A stretch of DNA of 64,000 nucleotides from Marsupella aquatica. Its lineage: Eukaryota > Plantae > Marchantiophyta. The stretch spans positions 18,076,457-18,140,456 of the forward strand of contig OZ316897.1 of the NCBI GenBank assembly GCA_973895155.1. The letters are read 5' to 3'. Both the position numbers and the translations under genes were made by a program. The first letter of the stretch is position 1, and every line of letters starts with the position of its first letter. Below are positions 1-12,272 of the stretch, piece after piece. The notes beneath the pieces were generated by a model. That model saw only the letters and a list, made by a program, of their open reading frames with translations, was not told the DNA's origin and made no database searches.

Positions 1-1102
1 GTTATCACCCCACTCCGGGAGATATGAACCTGCTTCCTCAAAGTGACTTCCCGTAGCGTCGTTCAACATCCCTTGCATGATTCCTCCCCCTTGCTATCCC
101 GTAGCTAATACTTCCCTTCAGTGACCAGCCGAGATTCTAAAACCTCGTTTTCTCTGGTGCGTCCTTCAGGTTGAGACGCGGAAAGGCACACCAGAAGCGT
201 CGCGCACGTTGGTTCGTCACAGATTCCACCGGACGCTGCTCACAGCGTCCACTGGGATCGGACGCTACTCGAAGCGTCCTGACTTGCGGAATCTTCTGGG
301 ACGAATCGCATTGGACGCTCTTCGCGGCGTCCTTCCTTATCTCCTTTACGGTGGCGATTACTGGAACCGGGCGTTCCCCATAATCTCCGACTTCCTTCAC
401 CCTGAAATTTCTTTACCACATGGTACGCTACACTAGGCCATCCTACTAATCAGACGTCTAACTCCTTCCTAATCTTCTACGCAATTCCTGGTGCATGATT
501 CTTTCCGCTAACTCCCGAATGGAAATGACTAAATATCTCTCCTGTGTGATCCTACCATTCAGCCTTAATATTACTAAATGCAAACTTTCATCTTCCCACC
601 AGGTGATAGTTAACCAATGTATGCCATTCCTCCCTCTCAGGCTCAGAACCCAAGAATTAACATAACGATTCCTCAAATTCCTAATTCTTAATGTTCCCAA
701 AGATCGGATAGGTGGCATCGGTCACACGAACCAGGATGGTTGGACAATTTTACAAATCATACGTCCCGAGCAACGTTAGAATAACTTCACTTGTCACTCA
801 AAGTGTCTTTGGTGTCTTCGACTATCTCCAAAGCAACTTGACGAGCAACAGCTCCTCTCTGTGAGGCCTTTTCTGGTGGGAGGGCGGTTTCTTCTCTTAA
901 GTTTGGCACCACAAATTTTTCCAATACTCTTAAGAGAGCTTCCGGGGCGCTTTGGATAGAGTACGGCATCACCTCGAAATGGAAGCTCTTCATCTTTTTA
1001 ACTGGAGTGATGACGCATCTTCACAATTATAGTAGAACGTGAATTCCTCTCCCGTCTAGCTCCTTCTGGCATACACTGCCTGTACGTCAATTCAATCTTA
1101 AA

Positions 1103-1125
1103 TTCGTTCCCCGGCAGCGGCGCCA
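1103..1125 (-). promoter_or_regulatory. Primer binding site, tRNA-Asp type
   Basis: TGGCGCCGCTGCCGGGGAACGAA on -, 6 nt inside the LTR. Near-complementary to the plant tRNA-Asp 3' end, as in Athila-type elements. Confidence 0.85.
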
Positions 1126-1131
1126 AAAAGA

Positions 1132-2493
1132 TGTCGTATAGTGCTAAGTATCAAAAGTGACTCTTCTCACCTAAAACCAGGGTTTCGATCCCTTTAAGAA
1201 CAGATTTCAGAATGAATTGTATAACTTTTATCACTCCGAGTGATTTAGAGTCTTGAGCTCTATGTTGACTTCACTTCTCAATAAAAAAAATCGAATAAAC
1301 AAACAACAAAGTAACTGAACTTCTGATTTATGAATTAGAGAAGAAATGAGTAAGGATTTAGAGACTACAAGCTGCTACTGCCACTCCTTCAGAAAGGATT
1401 TGGGCTCAGTATAGACATGAAATCTATCTCATAATTCATCCATCTCACTCTTCAAAACACAAAGGTTAATGATAATGGAATTCTCAATCTGATGAAGCAG
1501 AAGCTTTCTGATTGCAAATGAATGATATGATTTAAAATGCCGTCAACATGGTTTGACATCAGCGATACACAATTCAGTCAAACTCTAAACCATATTCCAG
1601 AATCAAAGCAACAGTACTAACTACTCTGAGAATCAGAATTTACTTCTCATTTATCATTAACTATTCTTGAATTGGCTAGCGAATCCCGACTCTGCAAGCA
1701 AGCCTAGCAGTGAATTCAATACGAGTTTCAGAAATCTGCAACTGAATTCAATCACCACAGGAATCTCTTGAATTCAATCTTAACTTCAATCAATATAGCT
1801 TTACTTCCATACAAAACACTCACAGCATGCCTTGTTACAATGGAAGGAGGAGAAAACTATTCAGAAGACTCAATTCTGAATACAGTATTAACTCTATTTC
1901 TCTCTACTTCAAATGAGCATTCTACTCTGTCTTATAAGTGCTGGAATCCTAAAATGGAGGAGGTAAGAACAGTCGTGCCTTTCCAAGCTTAAAACTAAAC
2001 AAGGGAGAAGCACAGCATAAGTACTTCAACAAGGGTGGTAGAATACTACTTTACTAGTAATCTACTTCAAAAACTAAGTGTTGAGCGGACGCTGCTAGAA
2101 GCGTCTTAAGTAAAACCAACGGACGCTGCTCACACTGCTCACAGCGTCAATACTAGGGTGGACGCTGCTCACAGCGTCGTGTGTTGAAGCTGACGCTTTC
2201 CACAGCGTCGGTCGAAATCCTCATAGAGTCTTGGTGGCGGTCGGGCGCTGCCAAAAGCGTCATGAGGAGGTTGGACGCTTCCGCAGCGTCTTGAGTAAAA
2301 GAAACGGGCGCTGGTCACAGCATCGGGCAAAGTACACTAGGAATCGTCAGGAAAGCCGGAGATGTCAAATATTTCTATAAGTGTCCAGAACAAGTAAATG
2401 TTGGCCGGAAGGTGTCTAAAGTGTAAGTAAATCTTGTGATATGCTAAAAATAAACAAGTTTCCAGAAAAAATTGCAGGGACACCCATACCACA
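1132..2493 (-). repeat. 5' LTR (1362 bp)
   Basis: Reads TGTCGTATA...CATACCACA on +. Matches LTRs 28092-29477 and 32827-34212 except for a missing 29-bp unit, small indels and a few substitutions. Confidence 0.95.
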
Positions 2494-2525
2494 GGGAGCC
2501 ATGGGACGCACCACAGGAACTACCA

Positions 2526-2700
2526 TGCGTTGGTGGAACTACTATGCGTTGGTGGACCTACTATGCGTTGGTGGACCTACTGTGCGTTGGTAGAACTACT
2601 ATGCGCTGGTGGACCTACTGTGCGTTGGTAGAACCACTATGCGTTGGTGAATATTATTGTAGTTGGTGGAACTACTCACATGCATTGGTGGAACTTCTAT
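2526..2700. repeat. 19-bp minisatellite (TGCGTTGGTGGACCTACTA, about 9 degenerate copies)
   Basis: Directly visible tandem units. Confidence 0.9.
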
Positions 2701-3435
2701 AGTCCGTTAATATAGCTAAAGAAGTTTAATAAAGTTTAAATTTAATAATCTAACTACTAAATTACTTATATAATCTATAGCATATTAAAACAAACAATTT
2801 TTTTATAACTTAAGAGAAAATCATGACAACGTAGACTGAGCAGCAGGAAGGAGCTCTGTGCAAGGAAGGCTGGACTTGGACGTCGTGTGTTGGGGAGAGC
2901 TGGGTTGTGCTATTACTCAAGGAGTAATCAGCCAAGCTTCACAGCAACGGTTTGCCAGGTTTGCGAGCTGGATTGTGGCTCTTTCTAGTGGGCAGCACAA
3001 CTGGGTTCTTTTCCCCCGATACATAGCCTTGGTGATAGGTGACGTATTGGTGATTGTAAACTGTAGGGAGGATTTTGATTGCATTTACGATGAGCACAGT
3101 AGGGAGGCTGAGACACTGATCAAGGTGCAGCAGGAGGAGCATTTACAGTTCAATTTGGCAAGGCTACGTGATCCATGGGGAGTCCCGGCCTTTGTCTGGT
3201 AGAGAGCACTAAGGGATTTATGGCCAGAGCTGAGCTTGCAGGGCAAGCATGAGGCCGGGCCTCATTGCAGTCTGAAGGAAGATCGCCGGCCTGGTACCAG
3301 CTTTGAAGTTGAGTCAACTGTGCATGCGTAACTTGACATTCTAAAATGGAGGTGTGAGATCTGTATGTGCCCCCAAGAATGAAGTGCAGTGAAGGAGGTT
3401 GAGTTCAGGATTGAGTTTGCAAGGCAAGTACGGGA

Positions 3436-4092
3436 TTGGTTCGAGTGGATGATAAGTTCTTAAGCGAGAGAACTATCCTGGCGCCAACCAACAATGAGGC
3501 GCTCAAAATCAACAATTGCATTCTAGAAGGACTTCCTGGGGAGTCAAAGGAGTTTTTAAGCGTCGATCGTCCAGATCAACTGGAAGGGGAGAATTTTTAT
3601 CCTACGGAGTTCTTGAATACGCTAACACCGAGTGGTTTACCACCTCACAAGTTGGTACTGAAGGTTGGATGCCCTATAATCTTGCTAAGGAATATAGATC
3701 ACTCACTTGGATTATGTAATGGCACAAGGCTCATTGTGAGATCCATGAATCGTCGTGTCATTGATGCACGAGTCCTTGCAGGAAAATATGCTGGAACTAT
3801 TATGTTCATCCCACGCATTCCATTGACGTCTGATGAATCACTTCCTTTTATATTACGTAGGGTCCAGTTTCCCATCCGAGTGGCATATGCGATGACCATC
3901 AACAAGGCTCGAGGTCAAACTTTAGAACATGTAGGGTTGCAGCTTTCAAAACCTGTTTTTAGTCACGGCCAGTTGTACGTAGCATTCTCAAGAGCAACAT
4001 CGCCTAGAAGTATTAAGGTTTTGCTTCCAGATTTCAAGGAGGGTCATGCAAGGTTGACCAAAAATGTTGTATATGATGAAGTTCTTTATTGA
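3436..4092 (+). pseudogene. Helitron PIF1-like helicase, C-terminal fragment
   Basis: Motifs ILAPTN, SGLPPHKLVLKVG, LLRNID..GLCNGTRL, QFPIRVAYAMTINKARGQTL, FSHGQLYVAFSR. No Rep domain or Walker A. Confidence 0.95.
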
Positions 4093-4284
4093 ACGCGAAT
4101 AAAGTTGGCATGAGTATGGTATCAATGTCTGCATATAATTTGTATTTAAGCATGTATTTCATTTTCATCATGCTTCCCATATCCCATGACATATTTTATG
4201 ACCTTGACATTTGTGCCTCGCTCAAACATTTGTTCTCTCATGGACATGTTTTGCTCATCTCAATATCTTTTGCTCATCTCAACA

Positions 4285-4640
4285 TGTTTTATCACTTGAC
4301 TTCTTTGTATCACTCAACATCCTTTTATCACCTCGACATATTTATATCACTCGACATTTGTTTATCACTGGACATCCTTTTATCACCTCGAGATCCTTTT
4401 ATCACCTCGACATATATATATCACTCGACATCTGTTTATCATTGGACATCCTTTTATCACCTTCAGTTGACATATTTATATCACTGGACATCCTTTTATC
4501 ACCTCGACATATTTATATCACTCGACATCTGTTTATCACTGGAAATCCTTTTATCACCTTGACATATTAATATCACTCGACATCTTTTTATCACTCAACA
4601 TCTTTTTATCACTCGACATCTTTTTATCACTCGACATCTT
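4285..4640. repeat. Subterminal 17-18 bp tandem repeat (TTTATCACTCGACATC-like) in the Helitron
   Basis: Visible tandem units immediately before the 3' hairpin. Confidence 0.9.
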
Positions 4641-6670
4641 TCGTGCAACGCACGGGCATGGGGCTAGTATATTAAGAAAAGGTTCCATTCAGCCCCTTCC
4701 ACACACCCCTTCCACACACAGTCCTCTCCTTCTTGGAAAGGGCCCTACCCTCATTCTTGCAAAGTGGTAGAGTTGTGCTGTCTCACACCCCAGTTGCCAC
4801 TACTGGCAAAGGGTGAAAGGAAAGGGGGTCATGGGCTATGAACTCTAGAGGGCAGTTTAGGGGGAGGGGGTTACAGTCCATGATTTGCAAGAGGAGATGG
4901 GTTACCTTGTGTAAGCACCTGAGTGTATTACAGTTTCCTTAAATGTCTGTGTGTATTATAGGTTTCCCTAAATCCCTCAATGGAGAGTGAGTTTCTGGTG
5001 TTAGTGGCGAGTGAAGTCAATTTATAAGTCACCAGGATTTTTCTACTTTTTTTGATGAGGCAGAATTAACATGCGGATGAATAGAAAAACCCACCTGTAC
5101 ATTTAATGGTGAATCTGCCTCACCATCCCTATTTATGGGAGCTCCTATTGTAAGTAGCAACCTAGTGGTGGACCTAGCTAGCCACCAATACCCTCATCAA
5201 ACTCACTAGTCTTGGCTAAGTATTTTGAGTATCCAAGCTAGTGCCACCACAGAACTCCACGAGCAAGCAACCCAGTGTCTCTATCACCGTCAATGGCAAC
5301 TCTCATACAAAGTTGCACTTGCTCCTCAACATGACCATCGCTTAACAACCTCTACTATATATCTGCACAAGCAACCAACCAAATTGGTAAATAACCCGCC
5401 TTGACTTCGGATCCCAAGACTATTTTTTCTTCAAGCTCAACAATTGTTAATAAATAGGTTAGTGGATATAGTCTCCCAGGTCCGCATGGCCTTGCCATAA
5501 GCAAAACCCAAGGTTGGCGCCCATTGTTTGTCCAGAATAGCCCCTCTATCATGTGCAGCCCAAGCTTCCCCACTATCTATTTGTCCCTAGTTGACCATCG
5601 TCCCTCCAAGACATGCCCATGGCCCAAATGACTAGCTTGTCCTGAAGCTTGTCCCAAAACGTTGGGACTAGCCCAGTCCTGACTCTCATAGCTTTCCTAC
5701 TGGTCCGTTGAACTAGGATCATAGGGGCATGGGACACTTGGACCTCAACTCCCAGACCTAGTTTGCAATGCCTCCCTAACACAAGTGGGGGAGACATTGC
5801 ACCAAACACGGATTGGTTGTTGTTTCTGCAAGATCGGCAAGCAAACGAGATCTAGCCCTTTGCAAATTGTGAGAACCAAAGTCACCCCAAACCCACCCAA
5901 TATTAGGAGGTAGCTTTCCAACGCACCCAAGAAGTCCTCTAGCGGACTTCCTGTTGAAGAAATATTGTTGTTTCCGTTTGGTGTCTTCCCTTAGTAGCAC
6001 AACCGTCGCACTTCACAACTTGGGCTCGCCCCTCGCTCACTAAGTGACACCACTTCTCACATATATGTTTCTGGCAATCTGCTATCCACGGATCAACTTT
6101 GGTCCCCTATTTCTAGCCCCCCACTAGGACTCTAACCAAGTTGACTACTAGGCACATAGCTAACTTGCTCAGCCCATAACGTTCTTGTCTTATGCATCCA
6201 TAGATGAAGCACCTTAGCCCATTATGATCGGGCCAAATGATGTGGTGCTCATGCCCGGGTCCTCACAACCCATCGTCTGTTGAATGTCCCGGGTTGCACA
6301 ACCCAAGTGGGAACCCAAGCCTTGCCAATTCTCATGCATTAAGCGTCTGTTCTGCATGAACTAAACTTGTTGCACTTAGGCCCTCAAAACTCAGAGTCCA
6401 TTTGGGGAACCAAACAGCTCGCCCTAAGAACGGTTCTTCTCATGGCTTGACCAACTCATAATGTCTGTTACACCATTGCCCACACCATGGTGAGTGCTAT
6501 TAGAGTATATCATGTTGTTTGAGTTTAGTCCCGAGTTTAGTGCTTTCATATGTGTGCTATATGACCCAATAGGGTTCAGTAGGGGGTCCAGTTCACGTTT
6601 GGAGGGATAGTTATCCCTTGTGGTGGCTTGAAGGCCTCATCTTTTGATGTTGAGCCTTCAAGCATCAGCT

Positions 6671-9439
6671 ACAGTGAAAGCTAAGAGAAGCAGGGAGGCC
6701 ATGAGGACTCTGTCAACGGAGGGAGGAGATACTATTACTGAGCCGATGGCTATTCTTCAGGAAGTGATACCACACTGTAAAGAACTGTATGCCCCCCCTC
6801 CTCTTACAACCGGGGAGCACCGAGAACGGCTGCGAGCAAGGAGCACCCTCCTAGCTCACACTAGACATACAGTAACCATATCAGATTTGAATAGGATGGA
6901 AGCATTGCCCACTAGCGAGGAAATCAAGCGAACTCTCTGGCTACTGCCGTTGGATAAGGCCCCAGGCCCGGATGGTATGACTGCTGAAGTTTATCGGGCC
7001 TGTTGGGAGTTTATGGGAGTGGACATAGTGGCAATGATACATGTTTTCTGGCTGACAGGTAAACTAGCAGCAGGAGTGAAAGATGGGATAATTAAATTTA
7101 TTCCCAAGAAGCCGGATAAATGTTTCTTGAAGGACTGGAGACCCCTGACTATGTTGAAAACGATTTACAAGCTTATTGCTAAGATCTTGGCCAATAGATT
7201 GAAGCTGGTTCTAGTTAAGCTCATCAACGTTCAGCAGACAGGGTTCATCCCGGGCAGGAATATTTTGGAGAACATTTCGCTTGCCTGGCTAACATGTGAT
7301 TGGGTTAAGAACAGGAAAGTGGAATCCCTGTTTCTTAAGTTGGACTTTGAAAAGGCCTCAAATGATAGAGTAGATCACGAGTACATTTGGGAATCAATGC
7401 ATCTGCTAGGGATTGGCAGCAACTTTATCAGGTTGGTACAGGAATGACTAAGGGACTCATCTTCGCGAATACAGGTTAACGGTTTGCTGTCAGAACTGGT
7501 GGGTGTGGAGCGGGGCGTTAGACAAGGCTGCCCGCTTTCACCCTTACTGTTCGTTATCTCCACTCAACCACTCATGGATCTCATGGATGCTGAGCTTGAG
7601 GCGGGAAGATTACTGGGGATCAAAATCACGGAGGAGCTAACAATATGCTATAGGTTATTTGTGGATGACATGGGGATGTTTATCCCTGCCCCTTTGAGGA
7701 GCTTTACAATGGCCACAACTGTTTTGCATTGCTATGAAACAGCAACTGGAGCAAAACTCAACCTGCGGAAATCCATTGTCATCCCACTGTCACTGGATAC
7801 TATACCAAGGTGGCTGTCAAATAAAGGTTGCGTGATTAGTCACAAAGGAGAGCTACAGAAGTACCTGGGTGCTCCCCTGGGGGTAGACTTGAAGACGGAG
7901 CAAGTGCACAGATTTGTTCTAGATAAAATCGGCATGCGCTTATCCTCCTGGGCAAATAAACTTTTGTCCTTTTCAGGGCGGACACTTCTGGTGAGACACA
8001 TTTTATAGGCTATTCCTATTTACCACTCCATGTTCCTAAGAGCGTCTGAGGGACTAGCGAAGAAAATGATTGCGCTGTGCCAGGACTTTTTATGGGGATA
8101 CAACTCGGAGGGGGGCAAGAGGATCCCTCTTGTTTCTTGGGCCAGAATGGCCAGACCTAGGATGGAGGGGGGACTCGGGCTGAAAGACTTCCGTTGCCAC
8201 TTCGACGCTCTGTTGGCCAAATGGTTCACTGGAGCTCTAGATTGCCCGGAGATGGAATGGGCCTCTCTCTTTGCAGAAAATCTCAAACTAGTGAGCTGGA
8301 TGAATTATAAGTGGATACGCCGGAACAAGTACTCCTTTCAGGATAAGATGTTTTTATGCAACCCTTGGTCATTCAATGGACTGGCATATACTGGAGGACT
8401 GTGGAAGGCGTGGGTACAACTTCGTTCCCACCTGATCTTTGCACCCACTGTTATGATACCTGGTAGGTGGAATATCATGGACACTATACGCTGTCTCATT
8501 GGTTTCCAATCTTGGCCCAACACGAATTTTACTGTGGTCACTGTGCTGTGTGGCCGAATGGGCATCAGAGGCATTCAGGATTTATGGTCTGCTGAACGGA
8601 ATGAGTGGCGTAATCTGAATGAGCAACTAGAACACCTTCGAGGCTTTACTCTGCTTGAGAAAACTTGCTGCAGGGAGTTCTTACAGAAGGTCAGTGCTAT
8701 AGATGGTTGTAGGATGAACTATGTTACTGGTTCTCGATGCTGGAGATGGGCTGACAGACCTGATCCTATCAATACTTTTAGGATATCCAATCTAAGGGCA
8801 TACATGTTGATCCGCCCCCCCATCAGAGACTACGACAGCCTGAATCACACTTGGGGTAGCTTGAAAACGGAAGGTGAATGGAATGCTGGGTGGAGAGGAC
8901 TGTGGCGCTCTGACCTTTCCTCCCGTGCTAAGACTTTTCTTTGGAGAATATTGGCTTCAGGTCTCTTTACCGGTGTTCGAGCAAGACGCATTGATAAAGG
9001 AGAAGGGCACTGTAAACTGTGCAGTGGAGAAATAGAAACTATCCCCCATCTTTTTGCACAGTGCACTCATGCCAAGAGATGTTGGTCACTTGCTGCCACT
9101 TGTTTTTCAGGGACCTTTACGGATTACTCGGATAAACTACTAGATCTACTGATTCTCACAGCAGCGAAGGACCCTAACACAGTAGCCAAACTATTTCGTC
9201 TCTATCAGATCCTTTGGTCTTTATGGCAGAGTAGGAATGTACACATGTTTCAGGCCAATGGCTTTAGGACATTTGATCTTCGCTTTACTCTCTCAGAGGC
9301 TGTTGACCATGCATCGGCGGTGGGCCTGTGTTTACCCCCGAGCAGACGACACACACGATTGCTACAAGTGAAGGAGATCCTTATCCAGGAAAGATTAGTG
9401 TGGCTGAACAGCCGGCAGACTTGGATTACATCTAGATAG
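6671..9439 (+). pseudogene. LINE ORF2 (RT + zf-RVT) with two in-frame stops (7445, 8006)
   Basis: KAPGPDG, WRPLTML, QTGFIPGR, LDFEKA, GVRQGCPLSPLLF, LFVDD, KYLG, GGLGL, CKLC..ETIPHLFAQC. The three ORF pieces share one frame. Confidence 0.95.
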
Positions 9440-9662
9440 AAAATATGCTGGCCAATGGGGAATGCAGTACTTGAGCTCTGCTTTAACCTGGCGTGGATCA
9501 CTGTTTTCGTGGTGGACAGCCTGGTCTCTGGGCTTTCATCGCATGTTGTTGTTTCCGCTCTTCAGGCGGGGTGGTTGATTGTGTGTTTTGGTCACTTTCC
9601 TGTTTTCCTTGCCACGGGGTTTTCGTGGTCACTAATAAATTGAGAAAAAAACATTTCCAAGG
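6671..9662 (+). mobile_element. 5'-truncated L1-clade LINE
   Basis: RT and zf-RVT coding, 3' AATAAA and A-rich stretch near 9635-9651. Candidate TSD AAGCATCAGCT at 6660-6670 and 9663-9673. Confidence 0.9.
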
Positions 9663-11446
9663 AAGCATCAGCTTTGGCGGCTATGGTGTGGCCAGCCAGA
9701 TCTGAATGCATAAACGTGGATGTGGGTTTTGGAATATGTGTGGTCAGATTGGGCATGATCGATTGTGTTTTGTTGGCGTCAATCGGAGTTTGATTCTTTG
9801 GAAGATTATTGTGGGTTTTGGACATGTGTGGACATGAGTCCGGCTTGTACCTCATTCTCTTATGTTTGTTGTGTCTATGTTTGGATGTGTGTGATATGCA
9901 ATATATGTTGTGTAGGTAGCAATGTGTATGCACATGACACGCCAGTCCAAGGCCCTTGTGCGCAACCCTAGCTCCGCACACCACCTTTGCTAGTTTAACG
10001 CTTCCTTGCTCTCAAGTTTGCTCATATTTAGTCCCTTTTGGATGACCATCCCAGCGATTGGACCACAGAGGAGCTCGGCACCGGGGCTAAGCGGTAGAGT
10101 AGTTGAGTTCCGCGACTAGCCTTGTTGCGCCTCTGACGTACCCAATTGATTTACCAAAAATCTACTTGGCCCAAATCTTTGAGTTTGACTTCATTATTCC
10201 CTTGCAAGGTTAGTCAGGAGGGTCCATGACATATGTCAACCAGGGTTATGACAAACAACCTACGTATACTAAGAACATACAAGCCAACAATATAAGAGGG
10301 GTTTTATGGGGAGGAAATGCACAGTTGGGGCCAGTCTGGAGAGAACAAGCAAACCAGGCCCAATCTCAACCCCATTTTGGCCCCCCAATCTGTCCTCACT
10401 CCTACTTTGTTACATCAACAAGGGTAGATTGCAATTCTATGGCAGTTCATTCCATACCCCCAACAAACACAAAAGAGACTGACCATCACTAGAGGGGTTT
10501 GATGATAAAATACAAGCTGACCCCAAAATGGGTTTGTTTTTTCCTTTAATTTACTGCCCCTTGTTGATTAATTTTTTTTGCCGTCCCAAGGTTAGTTTTC
10601 TTTCTCCCAAATTTGTGTTTCTTTACCTCAATCCCCTATATCATTTTTCTGTCCCTCTCTCTTGTTTGATCTTTTCCTCCCCTTGGAACTTGATGAAGAA
10701 GGGAATGGAAGGGAGGTTTGGGACCGAGGGCATGCAGGTGTGCAAGTTGTTGACGCTCTGGCCCACTTTTACCTACACATGCAAGGCAAGGCAAGGTACC
10801 AAATTCATGGGGTTTCTACTCAAACTCTAAATAATAATTCTGTTTTTTGTGTGTTAGTGGCTTCTGTCAGCTAATTTTCAGGTCAACATTAATCTTTCAT
10901 GTTGACCATGTCATTATAATTTGACATCAATTTCCTTCCAACAATTTTCATTTAGATATGTGCATTGCACATGACATATGACTTGCCTCCTGTCTCCCTT
11001 CCTCATTCACTTGATCCTCCCCTCCCTTTCCAACATTCCTCCCTTGCTTGCCATCTTCATTGCCCACCATATTTGTGCTTACCATGTGCCATTCAGCATT
11101 TCTTAGAGCATTACGCAATGTTCACATGTTTGTGTGTCTATGAAAATGATCTATGTCTATTTTACATCCAAGTTTTGCCCTCCCTTTCACAATACTCAAT
11201 TTCCCCTCTCTCAATGACTTGCCCACTTCTGCTTTAGTCCATGAATAATCAAGAGATGCTCTCATCCATGAATGATAGCATACATTGTGGTAGATGCAAG
11301 GTTACTAAGCATGGTACATAAAACTCTCCATCAAGGAGATTTGAAAACTGACGTCCTATCAAGGCAGAGGTTTGGTCTAGCACCCCAATTTATATACTTT
11401 TAATGTCAATGTAATTGTATATCCAATATTGTAGGTGGATATTATT

Positions 11447-12272
11447 ATTATTATTATTACTACTACTACTATTTTTTAAATTAAAATTTATTCCGCGTGA
11501 ACCCCACAGATGGGGGGAACCAGCAGGCCCAAAGGCAAAAGGGAGCCAAAATGACAAAGGATAACAGCCTTGAAAAGCCACAAAAGACAAGTGACCCTAA
11601 AAGGACCAGCAATCCCACACCACTACACAGATAATGCAATACATTGCACTAGCCCACCAGGAGCAGAATCAGCCAGCCTGAGTACTCACAGCCTAATACA
11701 GTTATCAGGAACATAGTCTTTCAAAGCCACCAAAAGTCACAGTCTACCAAGCGGGAGAGCAATACCCGAAGTCAGGAAACACTAGCCCAAAAGAACAGCA
11801 AAGCACATCGTCTCCGTCCAACAGCAATAGTAGCAGAGTTCAGCCACAACACCACTAACCCTCCTAAGTAGTAAATCTAATCCCCCTTTGGGGTATCCAT
11901 CTAATCCGGATGTAGTCTACAATTTCTTTGGCACGGAGCAACCGGGTGTGCTTCCTACCAGGAGGAGAACATCTCCCAGCCGCAATCAACATGTCTGCGA
12001 CCTCAGATAATACCAAGGAGAGGTCAAAACTTCTTTTCTTCCTATGATCAAATGTCTGTTCATTCCTGCCTAGCCAGATCGTCCACAAAACCTGGTATAG
12101 AATGAAAGCCTTCAGAGTGCAAATGCAATCCCGCCCAACAGTGGAGTCCAGCAAGGGAAGAAGGGCCACATGGGGCCAGTTGAACCAGCCAGCCAAACAG
12201 TCCTGTGTTACCTGCCAGCAGTGCCTAGCATGTTTGCACTCAAAAAAGATATGGGGAATTGATTCCCCATGA
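11447..12272 (-). mobile_element. Heavily 5'-truncated LINE (zf-RVT/C-terminus + 3' UTR + (TAG)n(TAA)n tail)
   Basis: ESIPHIFFECKHARHCW and LYQVLWTIWLGRN are homologous to the end of 8030..9439. TSD TAGGTG(G/A)ATATTATT at 11432-11446 and 12273-12287. Confidence 0.9.

Larger units (their letters stand above)
1..2493 (-). mobile_element. Partial copy (5' LTR plus start of internal region) of the non-autonomous Gypsy-type LTR element also at 28092-34212; continues off the left edge
   Basis: Reverse complement of 28092-30608 (ORFs 137..400 and 787..993 match 30209..30472 and 29616..29822). LTR 1132-2493 has TG...CA ends and an adjacent PBS. Confidence 0.95.
2774..4667 (+). mobile_element. Non-autonomous Helitron (about 1.9 kb)
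   Basis: 5' A|TCTATAGCATATTAAAA; 3' hairpin CGTGC-AAC-GCACG then CTAG|T; PIF1-like helicase remnant inside. The 5' end is less certain than the 3' end. Confidence 0.8.

Noticed and set aside
1768-1992. 74-aa ORF present three times
   Set aside because: It recurs only because it lies within the LTR; TTG start and no homology evident.
2472-2702. 76-aa ORF with repeated MRWWTY
   Set aside because: Product of the 19-bp minisatellite, spanning an LTR junction.
4089-4570. 157-aa and 119-aa ORFs
   Set aside because: Translations of the Helitron tandem repeat.
4668-6659. Possible degraded transposon with short - strand ORFs
   Set aside because: No domain, termini or TSD that I could support; left unannotated.
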